Assembly (NCBI GenBank): GCA_013239625.1
Contig: MU054049.1
Location: forward strand, 1,801,892-1,865,891
Direction: 5' to 3'
DNA from: Lama guanicoe
Taxonomy: Eukaryota
Length of the DNA stretch: 64,000 bases
The notes beneath the pieces are model-generated. The model had not been told where the DNA came from. It was given only the letters and a program-made list of their open reading frames with translations, and searched no databases. This document shows positions 25,483 through 39,029 of this stretch, piece by piece (the stretch's first letter is position 1; each line of letters opens with the position of its first letter). A program made the position numbers and the translations under genes.

Positions 25483-28400
25483 AAGTTTGTTTTCTATGTC
25501 GTGAGTCTCCTTCTGCTTTGTAAATAAGTTCATTTGTTTCATATTTTAGATTCCACATATAAGTGATGTATGGTATTTGTCTTCATCTTTCTGACTTTTC
25601 ACTTAGTATGATCAACTCTAGTTCACTTATGTTGCTGCAGATGGCATTATTTCATTCTTTTTTATGGCTGAGTAGTAGTCCATTGTGTATATATACCACT
25701 TCTTCTTTATACATTCATCTGTTGATAGACATTTAAGTTGCTTTCATGTCTTTGCTATTGTAAATAGTGCTTCTATGAACATTGAGATGCATGTATCTTT
25801 TTGAATTGTAGTTTTCTCTGGATATATGCCCAGGAGTGGGATTGCTGGAACATATGGCAACTCTCTTTTTAGTTTTTTAATGGAATCTTCATACTGTTTT
25901 TCCATAGTGGCTGTACCAATTGACCTTCCCACCAACAGTGTAGTAGGGTTCCATTTTCTTCATATTGTCTCCAGTATTTGTTATTTGTAGACTTTTAAAT
26001 GATGGCCATTCTGACCAGTGTGAGGTGGTGCCTCATTGTAGTTTTGCTTTACATTTCTCTAATAATTAGTGATGTGGAGATCTTTCATATGCCTATTGGC
26101 CATCTGTATGTCTTCTTTGGAGAAATGTCTATTTAGGTCTTCTGTCCATTTTTTGATTGAGTTATTTGGGTTTTTTTTGTTACTGAGTAGTATGAGCTGT
26201 TGGTATATTCTGAAAATTAAGCTCTTGTTGGTTGCAGAGTTTGCAAATACTATCTCCCAGTCTGTAGGTTGTCTTTTTGATTTGTTTATGGTTTCCTTTG
26301 CAGTAGCAAAAGCTTATAAGTTTGATTAGGTCCCATTTGTTTATTTTCACTTTTATTTCTATTGCCTTCAGAGACTGACCTAAGAAAACATAAGAATGAA
26401 TTATGTCAGAGAATGTTGCCTATATTCTCTTCTAGGGGTTTTATGGTGCCTTGTCTTATATTTAAGTCTTTCAGCCATCTTGAATTTATTTGTGTTCTAA
26501 CTTCATTGATTTACATGCAGGTTTCCAGCATTCCCAGTACCACTTGCTAAAGAGACTGTCTTTTCTCCATTGTATATTCTTGCCTTCTTTATCAAAGGCT
26601 AATTAAATATAGATGTGTGGGTTTACTTCTGGGCTCTCTGTTCTGTTCCATTGATCCATATGTCTATTTTTGTGCCAATACCATGCTGTTTTGATTACTG
26701 TAGCTTTGTAGTATTATCTGAAGTCTGGGAGGCTTATGCCTCCAGCTTTGTTCTTTCTCCTCAGGATTGCTTTGTCAATTCTGGGTCTTTTATGGTTCCA
26801 TATAAATTTTAGGATTATTTGTTACAGTGCTGTGAAAAATTTCCTGGGTAATTTGACAGAGATCACATTAAATCTGTAGATTGCTTTAGGTAACAACCAT
26901 TTTAACAATATTAATTCTTCTAATCCAAGAGCATGGGCTGTCTTCCCATTTCTTTGAATCATCTTCAGTTTTCTTTATCAATGTTTTATAGTTCTCAGGA
27001 AATAAGTCTTTCACCTCCTTGAGCAGGTTTATTCCTAAGTATTTTTTTTGATATGATTTTAAAAGGGATTTTTTTAACTTTGCTTTTCTGAAATTTCATC
27101 GTTAGTGTAAAGAAATGCAACAGATTTCTGCGTGTTAATCTTGTATCCTGCTACCTTGCTGAATTCATTTATCAGTTCTAGTAGTTTTTATGTGGAGTCT
27201 TTAGGGTTTTCTATACATAGTATCATGTCATCTGTATATAATGACAGTTTAATCTCCTCTTCCAATTTGGATCACTTTTATTTCTTTTTCTTGTCTGATT
27301 GCTGTGGCTAGGACTTCCAATACTATGTTGAATAGAAGTGGTGTTGTGGAAATCCTTGTCTTGTTCCAGATTTTAGTGGGAAGGCTTTCAACTTTTCATT
27401 GTTAAGAATTATGTTGGCTGTGGGATTGTCATAAATAGTTCTTATTATGTTGAGATATGTTTCCTCTATACCCACTTTGGTAAGAGTTTTTATCATGAAT
27501 GGATGTAGAATTTTATCAAATGCTTTTCCTGCATCCATTGGGATGATTATGTGCTTCTTGTCCTTTTATTGATGTGGTGTATCACACTGATTTATTTGCA
27601 TATGTTGGACTATCCTTGTGACCCTAGGATGAATCCAACTGATCATGGTGTATGATCTTCTTTATGTGTTGTTGGATTCTGTTTGCTAATATTTTGTTGA
27701 GAATTTTTACATCTATATTTATCAAAGATATTGGCTGTAATTTTCTTTTTTGGTAGTGTCTTTGTCTTGTTTTGGTATCAGGGTGATGGTGGCTTCACAG
27801 ATTGAGTTTGGGAGTGTGCTCTCCTCTTTAGTCTTTTGGAAGAGTTTGAGAAGGATTGGTATAAGTTCTTTGTATATTTGGTAGAACTCCCCAATGAAGC
27901 CATGTTCTGGACTTTTGTTTGCAGGGATTTTTTAAATTACATATTCTATTTCACTTCTATTGATTAGTCTGTTCAAATTATCTATTTCTTCTTGATTCAG
28001 TTTTGGTGGACTTTACGTTTCTAGAAACTTGTCCGTTTCTTTTAGGTTGTCCAATTTATTGGCATATAATTGTTCATAGTATTCCCTTGTTTTGTTTTTT
28101 GTTTTGTTGGTTGGTTGTTATTTCTCTTCTTTCATTTCTTACTTTATGTCCTCTCTCTTTTCTTCTTGGTGAGACTGGCAGGAGTTTTGTCAATTCTGTT
28201 TACTCTTTCAAACAACCAGCTTTTGGTTTTATTTTCTGTTTTTTAATCTCTAAATGTATTTCCTCTCTGATCTTTGGTATTTATTTACTTCTGCTGATTT
28301 TAGGTGTTGTTTGTTCTTTTTCTAATTCTTTTAGGTGATAGATTAAGTTGTTTATTTGTGATTTTTCTTGTTTTGTTTTTTTTTGGGGGGGATGGCTTGT

Positions 28401-28511
28401 ATCACAATGAACTTCTCAGAACTGATTTTGCTGCATCCCATAGATTTTGCATGGTTGTGTTTTTATTGTCATTTGTCTCAAGGAATTTTTTTAATTTCCT
28501 CTTCGATTTCA

Positions 28512-29210
28512 TCACTGACCCATTGGTTTTTTTAGTAACATGTTGTTTAGTCTCCATGGAATCATTTTTTTCTCATTTCGTTTTCTGTAGTTGATTTCTA
28601 ATTTCATGCAGTTGTATTCAGAAAAGATGCTTGAAATGATTTGTATCCTCTTAAATTTGTTGAGGGATATTTTGTGTCCTAGTATATATTCAATCTTGGA
28701 GAATATTCCATGTGCACTTGAAAAGAATGTGTATTGAGTTTTTTGGGATGTAATGTCTGAAAATATCAAGTCTAACTGTTCTATTATATCATTTAGGATC
28801 TCTGTTGCCTTATTGATTTTCTGCCTGGCATATCTGTCCATTGATGTGAGTGAGGTGTTAACGTCTCTTACTGTTATTGTATTCCCATCAATTTCTCCCT
28901 TTGTGTCTGTTAATATTTGTTTTATGTATTTAGGTGTTCCTATGTTGGGTGCATATATGTTAATGCTTGTAATATCCTTTTCATGTACTATTATCATTGT
29001 ATAGTGTCCTTCTTTATCTTTCTTTAGAGGCTTTGTTTTAAAGTTTGTTTTGTGTGATACGAGTTTTGCTACCACTGCTTTCTTGTCATTTCTGTTTGTA
29101 TGAAATATCTTTTTCCATCCCCTCACTTTCAGTCTATGTGTGTCCTTTTCCCTAAAGTGAGTCTCTTGTAGGCAGCATATTGTAGGCCCTTGTTTTATCA
29201 AATCTGCCAC
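28512..29210 (-). pseudogene. L1 ORF2 apurinic-like endonuclease domain remnant (232 aa open stretch)
   Basis: PTICCLQETHF, KKDKEGHY, INIYAPN and YTFFSSAHGIFSKIEYILGHK are L1 EN motifs. The catalytic GDFN, IDH and SDH motifs appear degraded (RDVN, IEY, SEY). Confidence 0.93.
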
Positions 29211-29659
29211 TCCATGTCTTTTGACTGGAGCATTTAGTCCAATGACATTTAAGGTAATTATCGATAGATATGTATTGCCTTTTTAGACCTTGTTTTCCAG
29301 TTGATTTTGTATTTCTTCTTTGTTCTTTTTCTTTTTGTTTTTCCTTTTGTGGCTTGATGGTTTTCTTTTGTATTATGCTTATGTTCTTTTCTTTTTGTTT
29401 TGTTTGTTTTGTGAATCTATTGTATGTTTTTGATTTGTGGTTACCCTGTTTTTCAAGTATGTTAACCCATTACTATATCTACTAGCTTTAGACTGGTATA
29501 GGCTCAAACACAGTCTAAAAAATAAAGTACATTTTCTTACACTCCTCCCCCACACTTTATGATTTTCATGTCCTCTTTTATATCTTCATGTTTATTCTTT
29601 TGCTGTTTATTGTACTTATGATCACTTTCACAATTTTTTTTAAAAAATATTAAAATCTT

Positions 29660-29796
29660 TATTCAGTTTCTTTTTAGGGGGTAATTAGATATATTCATTT
29701 GCTTTTAATTTTTTTTAATGGAAGTACTGGCAATTGAACCCAGGACTTTTTGCATTCTAAGCACTCCCTCTACCACTGAGCTATACCCTGCCCCCT
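29660..29796 (-). mobile_element. tRNA-derived SINE (camelid vic-1-like) inserted in the L1 inter-ORF region
   Basis: Reverse complement gggggcagggtatagctcagtggtagag...gtcctgggttcaattgccagtacttcc with A and B boxes, followed by a ctaattacccc tail. Confidence 0.85.
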
Positions 29797-32374
29797 CAAA
29801 AAAAATTTTTTTAATCTGTATTGGCTCATTTAAGTGATTTATTTTCCAATTGTGACTTTCTCTTTCCTATAGATTTTTGCTTCTTTTCTATGTAGAGACC
29901 TTTCAATATTTCTTTTAGGATAGGTTTAGTATTGCTGTATTCTTTTAGTTTTTGCTTATCTGAGAAATTTTTTCTCTCTCCTATTCTAAATGATAATCTT
30001 GCTGGGTAGTCTCCTAGATTGCAGGTTTTTCTCTTTCAGGACTTAGCATATATCTTGCTACTCCCTTGTGGCTTGCAACAGTTCTGTAGAGAAATCAGCT
30101 GATAGCCTTGGGAAGGGGGTTCCCTTGTACTTAGCATTGTGTTTTTCTCTTGCTGCCTTTAGAATCCTCTCTTTATCATTAACTTTTGTCATTTTAGTTA
30201 TAATATGTCTTGGTATAGGTCTGTTTGGGTTCATCTTGGTTGGGATGCTTCCTGTACCTGGATGCTTCCTTCTTTAGGTTTGGGAAGTTTTCAGCCATAA
30301 TTTCTTCAGATATATTTTTGATCCCCTTTTCTCTTTCTTCTTCTTCTGGAATCCCTATTATGCATAGACTGGGTCACTTTATGTTATCCCATAGGTCTCG
30401 TATTGTGCCTTTTTTTTTTAATCTTTCTGTCTGTTATACTGATTGGGTGATTTCCATTATTCTGTCTTCCAGATCACTTGTTCATTCTTCTGAATTTTCT
30501 AGTTTGCTGTTTATTGCCTTTAGCTTAGCTTTTGTCTTGGTAAATGAGTTTTCTAATTTTAATTGGCTCTTCTTTATTGTTTTCTAGTTTCTTGTCATAG
30601 TAACCTGCATTTATACAGATAGCCTTTCTTAATTCATTCAGTATTTTCATTACCTCCCATTTGAACTCACGCTCTGGTAGACTGGAGACATCTGTTTCAT
30701 TGTTCATTCAGGGGAATTCTCTTGATCTTTTAATTTGAAGTATTTACTCCACTTCTTCATTTTACTTATATTTCTCTGACTCTATGGGTTTAGGAGAAAC
30801 TGTTATCTACTGTGGTCTTAAAGAGCTGTTTTTATGGTGGAGTGTCACTGTGTAGCCTCAGTGAGTCTAGTATTTTTGATGTGAGGGCTGTTTTTACTAT
30901 GGATGTCTGCCATGTCTTCCCTCAGTGTGTGCTGGCTGTTATCCCCTTGATAGGGGTTGTGATTGGTGTTGTGGTGACCAGAGCCAGCACTAGATGTTCA
31001 GTGGGGCTGCCTCTTTGCTCTGTGGTTTTCACAGCTGTATTGGAGGCAGGGTCTGCTCCCCAGTTGTTGGAGGAGATGCCTCCAGATCTGTTTCTGAACT
31101 ATGGTGTGAGATAGGTGGGACTGGAGTGCTCTTACTGGGAGAAGAGCCACTGAGTGTTCCTCCACAGGAGCTGTCCACCAGGAAGTGTGCTCTGTAGTGT
31201 TGCCTGTCACCTGTTTTGTGGGCTCAGAAAGTACACTGGTTTTGGCACTGCCTTTGGCTTCACTTCATCTGTGGGAATTCAGGCAATTGGCTTGGGTGTC
31301 CCTCAGGGGCTGTGCTCACTAAGCTAGTAGCACATTTCCATTGGTGCAGAACTGCTGATGTCAGGCAGCAGGACCTCTGTAGTCATTTGCTTGGACCCAC
31401 CGTAGGAGCTACTTGAGTCAGCCCAGACCCCAGCCCTGTCTCTACATATGCATGCCCACAGAGCCTGCAGCCAGATCTTCCCCAGCCATGGAGGCACCAC
31501 TAACCTGCTCAGATGTCCCACAGGCACTGAGTTTACAAAGCTGCCTGTGGTGGAGTAAATCCACAGATTGCACAGCCACTGTGACAGTCACATTTTAGCC
31601 CTGCTTCCGAAGTACCCCCACCCTTGGTGATAAGCTCAGTTTTCAACCTTGTCTCTGCATGTGGATGACCTGCTGGTGCTGGCACACTCCCAGAACTCAC
31701 AGAGGTGGAATTGCATCCACTGTGAACACATGAAGAATGAGGCTGCTATAGTGGGCCTGCCCCTCCCTTCAAGGGTGCATGTTAACAATGGGCCTTCCAT
31801 GGCTGACCTAGGCTCCTTCCTGTGCAAAGCCCAGGTTGTAGCCTGGAGCACACTCCAGCTCGTTCAGGCTGTTTCCACACAGCCAACTCCAATCCTCTCC
31901 TTGGGTCTGTCCTCCGAAGCCTGAGTTTCAGCCCCCAGCCCCCACACGCATCAGCAGATGTGTGTCTCAGGCTGGAGAATGCAGCAAGGTGGCACAGACC
32001 ATCTGTGCTGGTTTCTCTCTGTTCTGCCTGCCACAAACAGGCTGCTACACTCTCCTCTGAGCCTCTGAAGCTCCTTTTTCATCCTGGCTGATCTCCCTGC
32101 CAGTGAAGGGGCTTCCCAGGGTAAGGGAACCTTTCCTCTTTCACAGTTGCCTCCCAGGGGTGCAGGTCCCATCCTGATTCCTTTTTTTTTTTTTCCCATT
32201 CATCCTACTTGGTTATGCGGTGATCTTTCTTGCCATTTTGGTTTTTATGAGATCTGCCAGATTTCAGTATGTATTCTGTGAGGATTATTCCACATGTAGA
32301 TGTATTTTTGATGTATTTGTGGGAGGAGGTGAGCTCCACATTGTTCTATTCTGCCATCTTGATCCACCTTCCTC

Positions 32375-34647
32375 TGTAGAATTTTTGAGTGTACTTCTTT
32401 CTATAGCTTTCAGGGTAGTTGCTTTAGTTACTACATTATGAATACATAACTTACCACTGTCTACCGATGTCAACATTTTACCAGTTTGAGTGAAGGGAAA
32501 ACCTTACCTCTGTTTATGCCTGTATACCTTCCTATTTATAATTGTCTTATTTCCTCTATGTACATTGAAAACCACAATAGACAGCTAGAATTTTTGCCTC
32601 TACAAACATAATTTAGAAAATTCAACAGTAAAATGTACTGTATTTATCTATATTTTTATTCTTTCTGTTCTTCCTTCCTCATGTTCCAAGTTTCCTTCTT
32701 TTATCATTTCCTTTCTGTTTCAAGAACTTCCTTTAGTCACTCTTTTAGGGCAGGTCTGCTGGAAACAAATTCTTTGTTTTCCTTCATCTGAGAATGTCTT
32801 GATTTCCTCCCTTCATTCCTGAAGCATATTTTTGCTGGGTATATAACTCTGCATTGACAGTTCTTTTCTTTCAGAACTTGAAAAGTGTTGTGCCTCTTCC
32901 TTCTGGCCTTCATTGTTCCTGTGAGAAACCAATTGTAATTTGAATTATGTTTATCTTATAGGTAAGATGTCATTTCTCACTGCTTTCAATAATTTTTCTT
33001 TTTCTTTGGTTTCAGAAGTTTGGCTATGATGTTTTTGTGTGGATTTTTGTTGTTGTTGTTATTGTTTATCCTGTTTGGAGTTCACTCAGCTTCTTGAATC
33101 TATAGTTTTATCTCTTTTGACTAATTAGGAAAGTTTTAGAAATTATTTCTTTGAATACTTTTTCAACCCCTGCCTTCTTTCTTCTCCCTTCAGGAACTCC
33201 AGTGACATGAATGTTACATTATTTGTTATAGTCGCAAATGTTCCTGGAGCCCCACTTATAACTTTTCAGTTTATTTTCTCACTGTTGTTCAGATTGCCTA
33301 ATTTCTGTGGTTTCATCTTTGAGTTCACTAATTATTTCCTCTGTCCACAGTCTTTTCTGTTGTTGAGCTTATTCGTGGAGGGTTTTTGTTGTTTTAATTT
33401 CAGTTATATTTTTTAGTTTGAAAATTTGCATTTGGCGTTTCTTATATCCTCTGTTTCTTTGTTGAGACCTTCTGCTTCCTTGCTGAGACTTTTTCGTTTA
33501 TTTCTAAAGTGCTCATAGTTGTCTTTTGAAGCATTTTTATGATGGCTGCTTTAAAATCCTTGTCAGATAATTCTAACATCTTGGTATTGCTGTCTGTTGT
33601 TTGTCTTTTGTCATTAAAATAGAAATCTTCCTAGTTCTTGGTATGAGTGATTTTTCATTGAAAGTTGAACATTTTGGATATTATATTATGAGATTCTGGA
33701 TCTCATTAAGTCTTGTGTCTTAGTAGGCTTCCTCTGAAACCTATTTTCTTGGCCTCAGATACTGCTCCAGCTGGGGAGCAAGACATTGCCTCATTACAGT
33801 CAGATGGAGATGGAAGTTCAAGTTCTCTTCTCTCCTCAGCTGACATACAGTTGTCACTGTTGGGTGGAAGCTGGGAGTCCAGGCTCCACTGTAGGCTACG
33901 CTGATACAGTCCTGGCTAGGAAGGGGAGCATGCTGCTACTTCTCTTTGTGTATTCTTCACTGACAATGCAGGATGGTGGGTGGAAATGCATGAATGACCT
34001 CAGTTCTGCTGAGAAGTGGTGAAAAGTCCTTTCATTTAGGATTCCTCTGACCCTGCCTAATGGGAAGGGGCAGGGCACCTAACAGGAAATGGTCATGGAG
34101 CCCTGTTAGCCCCAGGTGGAGGTAGAAGTCCAGTGCTCCCATGTGTCCTCTACTCACGCTGCATTGGGATGAGATCCCCTTTACCACCTGATCTACTGGG
34201 GCACTTTGTTATAACCTGGGAAGGGTGGAAGTCTAGGATTTACACGTTATCTTTGCTGGTGGGAGGTCTTAGTGTTTTTTTGTTTTTGAGGGTAGGGTTG
34301 GCTTAAGTAGATTATTTATTACACAAAAGTTTTTTGCCTTGTAGGCTGCCACTTTCCTAGTCCTTTGACTAGAGAGAGCAGACTTTTCCTGGGCCCTTCT
34401 TTATCTGTACTGACAATTTCCAAGTGGCTAACCACTATAGGATATATGAGCAATAAGAAAATCCAGGGAACTCACCACTGTATTATTATTCCTTGGTTCC
34501 CAGAATTCCCCTAGTCGGTCTGCCTTTTCTCCTCCTCCTTTCAGAGTCTTGTGTTTGTTTTATATATCATGTTCAGGGCTTTTAGCTGTTCCTAGCAGGA
34601 AGAACAGGGAAAAGTTTGTCTACTCCATCTTTTGGAATAAGAAGTCC
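32375..34647 (-). mobile_element. Older L1: inter-ORF region, ORF1 and 5' UTR
   Basis: ORF1-type T-rich sequence (ggtctgctggaaacaaattctttg...ctgagaatgtcttgatttc). 5' end ggacttcttattccaaaaagatggagta resembles old L1M 5' termini. Confidence 0.75.
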
Positions 34648-35048
34648 TTTCTCTATTATTTGTGTGTGTCTGTGTGTGTGTAGAGGGGGATAATGTCTTT
34701 TAGAGACATTGATTCACAGGTGAAATGTAATGTCTGGGATGAATTTCAAAACAAATGGGGTGGGTAATGAGTAGGAATATAGAACAAGCGAGATTAGCTA
34801 TGAATTGAAAATTGTCAAAGATGGGTGATACGTAACTGTATGGAGGTTTATTGCCCTACTTTATTTCTCTGTGTCTAAAATTCTTTCAAAGAAAACCATT
34901 TCCTGACCACCCAGTCTGAGTCATATTACAGGCTCTTGTCTGTGCTCTCCACTACAGTATAAACTTGATAATCAGGACCCAGCCCATCTTGGTCACAATT
35001 ACAGCTCCAAAACTTAAAAGTGACTGGTACATAGTTGGCACTCTAATA

Positions 35049-35215
35049 CCATGTTTCCTTAAATATAAGATGCTATAGATTATACCATACCTTTATTTTA
35101 TGTATCATTAAAAAATACTTCAAAGTATGATATACCATCAATTTTTAGACATATTTGGATTTCAGATGCTACAATGTGAAAAAAAAATGTTCACTTTGGA
35201 ATTAATGAAATATAG
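35049..35215. mobile_element. Tc1/mariner-Tigger MITE (MamRep434/Tigger-like)
   Basis: Imperfect terminal inverted repeats (ccatgtttccttaaatataagatg versus reverse complement ctatatttcattaattccaaagtg) flanked by TA on both sides. Confidence 0.65.
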
Positions 35216-37429
35216 TATCTGTGGAATAAATGAATACTCCCAAGTACCGTGAGGTCAATTCAAGATTATGATGAAGATACTTCATACATACATATTCAGA
35301 AGCAGATCAGCGTATGTTTTTAAGGGTACTAGTAATTCTACAGTGAATAAATTTCTTTCCAAATATTGAAATTTTATGCCCAAATTTATAGATTATTGTT
35401 ACAAATCTTAATAGAAAATGCAACATTCTGACATGATAGTCTCCAACTTTTTACCACCAAGGATCCTTGTATTATTTTATCCCCAGGGTTCCTGTATTTT
35501 GAAGTATTTTGATACTGAATAAAATTCATTTTTTACTTGACATCAAGTAAAAGCTAATTTTCATTTTTCATCTATTAAATGTGTAGTATTCAGACTGAGG
35601 CAATATAATTCCAGCTAAAATAAAAGAAACTTGACCTCCTACCTACCCTCTATGTACTCACTATAGGGAAAAGGAACATTTCCACTTGGAAATCTACTTT
35701 TTAGCCTCCAGTGCTACTTTCTCAGTATCCAAGAACCAGTGGAATTGAGATGGCAGGTACTCAAGATGGGAAGGAGCTGAATGCCAGCTCCTATATTAAG
35801 TCAAGTCAAGAAAAGGCATTTAGGTAGCCCACCTCAACCTCTTAAGTTAGGCCATTTGTTTACATGACTCTCCAACAGAGAAAGTTGTGTAAGGGAGTTC
35901 AACAGTCTGGTGAACTGACATGGTGCAGGGGTCTATTCAAGTTTCCAGATTGTTAGCATAAGAATTCAGCTGCTTTTCCTAGGTTGCATTGAAACAGGGT
36001 AGTAAAAAGAAAATGCTACTTGTTGGGTTTTAGATAACTTACCCTCTCTCTGTGCCTCAGTTTAGATCTGAGTGCAGGGGACAAGTCAGTTCATATTTGC
36101 TTCCCTGAGCAGAGAGCTCAGTGGTTGCCCAGAGAAGTCACTTGTAAGTGTCTAAGACTTATGAATATGTGAATGAATGGAAGGACACTGCTCCTCAGAG
36201 CCTTCAAGACATCTTCCCTGATTCAAGCTCTCTAGAGAGAAGATGTAAACTAGGCAAAGGGAGTGAATGCCAGGAAACATGACCTCAGGAACCTGGCAAG
36301 GGGAAAAAACTAATGCAGCTAGAATTCTTTACCTTTGGAAAGTTCCTTATGCCAGTGACTATCTCTACATGCCTAGTAACTACTGTGGAATAACAAATCT
36401 ATATGCCAAAACTTTCCCCAAATGCCTAAGACACACCATGAATTTTTAAAATGAGAGTAGGCATATTAAAAAAGGTGGTGACAAGGGGACGAGAATTTCT
36501 TTATTCTCTTCCTATAAAAACCACGAAACATTAGCACAGACCTTTCCTTAGCCCCAGGTTCAAAGTCATAATGACACGATAACCCTACATTTAAAATAAA
36601 CAAGAAAAATAAAACCAGGTGTTAGATGAACAGTTTAGGTTATCCTGTTGGGTAAAGCTTCCACTCTCAAGGCTCAGCAGATCCGTGTGAATCTGGTGAG
36701 GGGGGACTAAGGGCACTTTGCTCTTCATGGGCACAGAGAACAGCAGTGGGTCAGTGGATTTTGGCAGTTTGTTCTAATAAGCATCACATTAGGACCCACT
36801 TCCTGACCCCAAAGGACAGGATTAAATATTCTGAGCTCAAGTTCCAGGAATGGCAGACAAAGGACTGGGGTGGATCCACAGGGTTGAGAAGGAAGTACAG
36901 GCCCTCTAACTCTTTGTTTGGAGCAAACATACTGACTCAATTCTTCCTTACATCAGAAAAAAGCCGTGAATATGCAGCTACACAGACTGGAGAAGACCAA
37001 AGAAAACAGGTGACAGTCTGTGCAACTGCTTTCCTTCCTGTTGAAGTTTTAAAGAATATACTCCAACCAGTTCTTGGCTCCATCATACTCCTGGAGTGAG
37101 ACAACTTAATGTTTGGTTTCCAAAGCAATATTTATTAGTTAAGTACCTGACACAGCAATCCTGAAGCTGGTTAGATCTTTTCGATCCCCCTTTTAAATAC
37201 TGATTTGCCTGCCTTTAATGTCACTTCAACCAGCAAGAAAAGAGGTAATTTTTTCAGAGGCCATTTAATGTACCCACTGATAACTAACCATTTGTGATGA
37301 AGAATAAGCCATCCCAGGATCTCAGCAGAGAACAAGAGTGTCAGAGCCTTTGCTGTGCGATGACAAAGTAGGTCTCCTTCCACAGTGAACTCCTGGAGGT
37401 TGAGACGGTATCCCCTACCTCTGGGCATC

Positions 37430-37745
37430 TGTTAGCCCATTGGGAAAATAGGCTAAAATACGTAAAGCACCTAGCACAGTCCCTAATACACAGCAGATGC
37501 TCTATAAATGTTTCCTGGTCAAGGATAATAGTTGGCATTTATTAAGGACCAGTTGTGTGCCAAATCCTATGTTCGTTGCTTTATATATAGTATTTCTCAA
37601 TAGGTGCTGATAGCCCATTTTTCTAAATGGGTTAATAAGTAAGGCTCAGACATTCCGTTTATTTAAAGGTTAAAATGTTAGCTAGGGATATAGCTAGCAT
37701 CTGAAGTCAGCTTGTCTGATTTAAAACCTCATACTCTCTCCATTA
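37430..37745. mobile_element. MIR/L2 fragments
   Basis: cgtaaagcacctagcacagtccctaatacacagcagatgctctataaatg, followed by an opposite-strand MIR core. Confidence 0.6.
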
Positions 37746-39029
37746 TTCCACATCGCTTCCTTAAACTTATTGTACATTTGAGTGAGCCAGACACTGAAAA
37801 GCAAGTGTGTTATATTAAAAACTTAATAATTCTACACTAAAAATATCATCTCATGCCCCAATAGATTAAAGAAGGGAAGGGTAAACAATGTGGAATAAAA
37901 CAAACTCCAAACGAAGAGAATAAAAAGGTGCTGTGAAATGTTTTAAAATAGACACAAATGTTAATTAGATATGTGATTTTTCCCCCCTCTTTTAGCAGAG
38001 GGCCTTTAAGAACAAAGTAATAATGTTCTCTTCACCTTCCTCCCCACCTCAAAAATGGACATTCATTCTCTTCACATTCCATCTGATCAAACTGTCCTGA
38101 TACAAGGATGTACTAGGACAAGTCAGTGGGCAGGTTTTATTCTTGGAAACCCTTCAACAGCAAGAACGGCAGTCAGGTAGATGGCCTGGTTGCTCAGCAT
38201 GTTCAGTACTAAGAGGTGAGTCTTAGATTCTATGTTCTGTAATATTAGGCTGGATGGTCTTCTTACCTGGATTTAATGATCTTTCTACCGCATGAACCTC
38301 CTAAGCTGTGCACTTAGTCTTGGGGCTGGATAAGAGGGAAAGAATTTGGAGATAGATAGATAAAAAGAAATGAAATGTGCCATGAATGCTTAACCAAAGC
38401 ATAGAATGGGTTGGGAAGGAAGAAGACTTTAGTAGCAGCAGAAATAAAGCCAGACACCTTGGACTCAGAGAGATGATTAAAAATCTTAGTTCCTATGGTA
38501 AAGAACTTTGTCAATGACAAGTGGCTGCCTTCAGGTGCCGAATTCCATTAACCACTCAATCTCTATATAACAAAAAGAGTTAGAGACACTGGCGGAGGCT
38601 CCATTTTTTCCCTGCCAATATTGATACCAGGAATTTGGACTGTCTACTTAAACTCCTGATTAACAGGATTTGACCACCAATAGCTTTTCCTGACTGTTAA
38701 CTATAAACTAGAACTTCAACAGTATGGTTTAGGATTGCTTTAGAAATATAAATACATGCTTTTGTGATTAAACTCCAGTCTCAATTAACACAAATTGGTA
38801 TTGGCTTTTATTTTAACTTCTGAGAGACATTATTATTTATGTTTCTGGGCAGTTTTAAATGGACACAATTGTAAATAAAGGATTTTAAACAGAGCCCCTG
38901 ATAAAGCCTAAACCTAATCATTTCCCACAATTCCAGTTTTATTTAGATTTTACGTGCTTGCACAGAGACACACTTAAGAACATATATTCATATATATATA
39001 AAATATAAATGATATAGGAGTTTCTGACA

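Larger units (their letters stand above)
25483..32374 (-). mobile_element. Near-full-length, inactive LINE-1 (younger lineage family): 5' UTR, ORF1, ORF2, part of 3' UTR
   Basis: 5' end gaggaaggtggatcaagatggcag carries a YY1-type CAAGATGGC motif (32353-32361). ORF1 remnant at ~29.8-30.7 kb (SSLPEREFKWEVMKILNELRK). ORF2 fragments at 28512-29210, 27323-27538 ([18 protein letters not shown]) and 25744-25935. Many stops and frameshifts. Confidence 0.93.

Noticed and set aside
677..34078. Dozens of 60-130 aa hydrophobic, Phe/Leu-rich ORFs
   Set aside because: They are antisense or off-frame readings of T-rich L1 sequence, with no splice structure or recognisable protein family.
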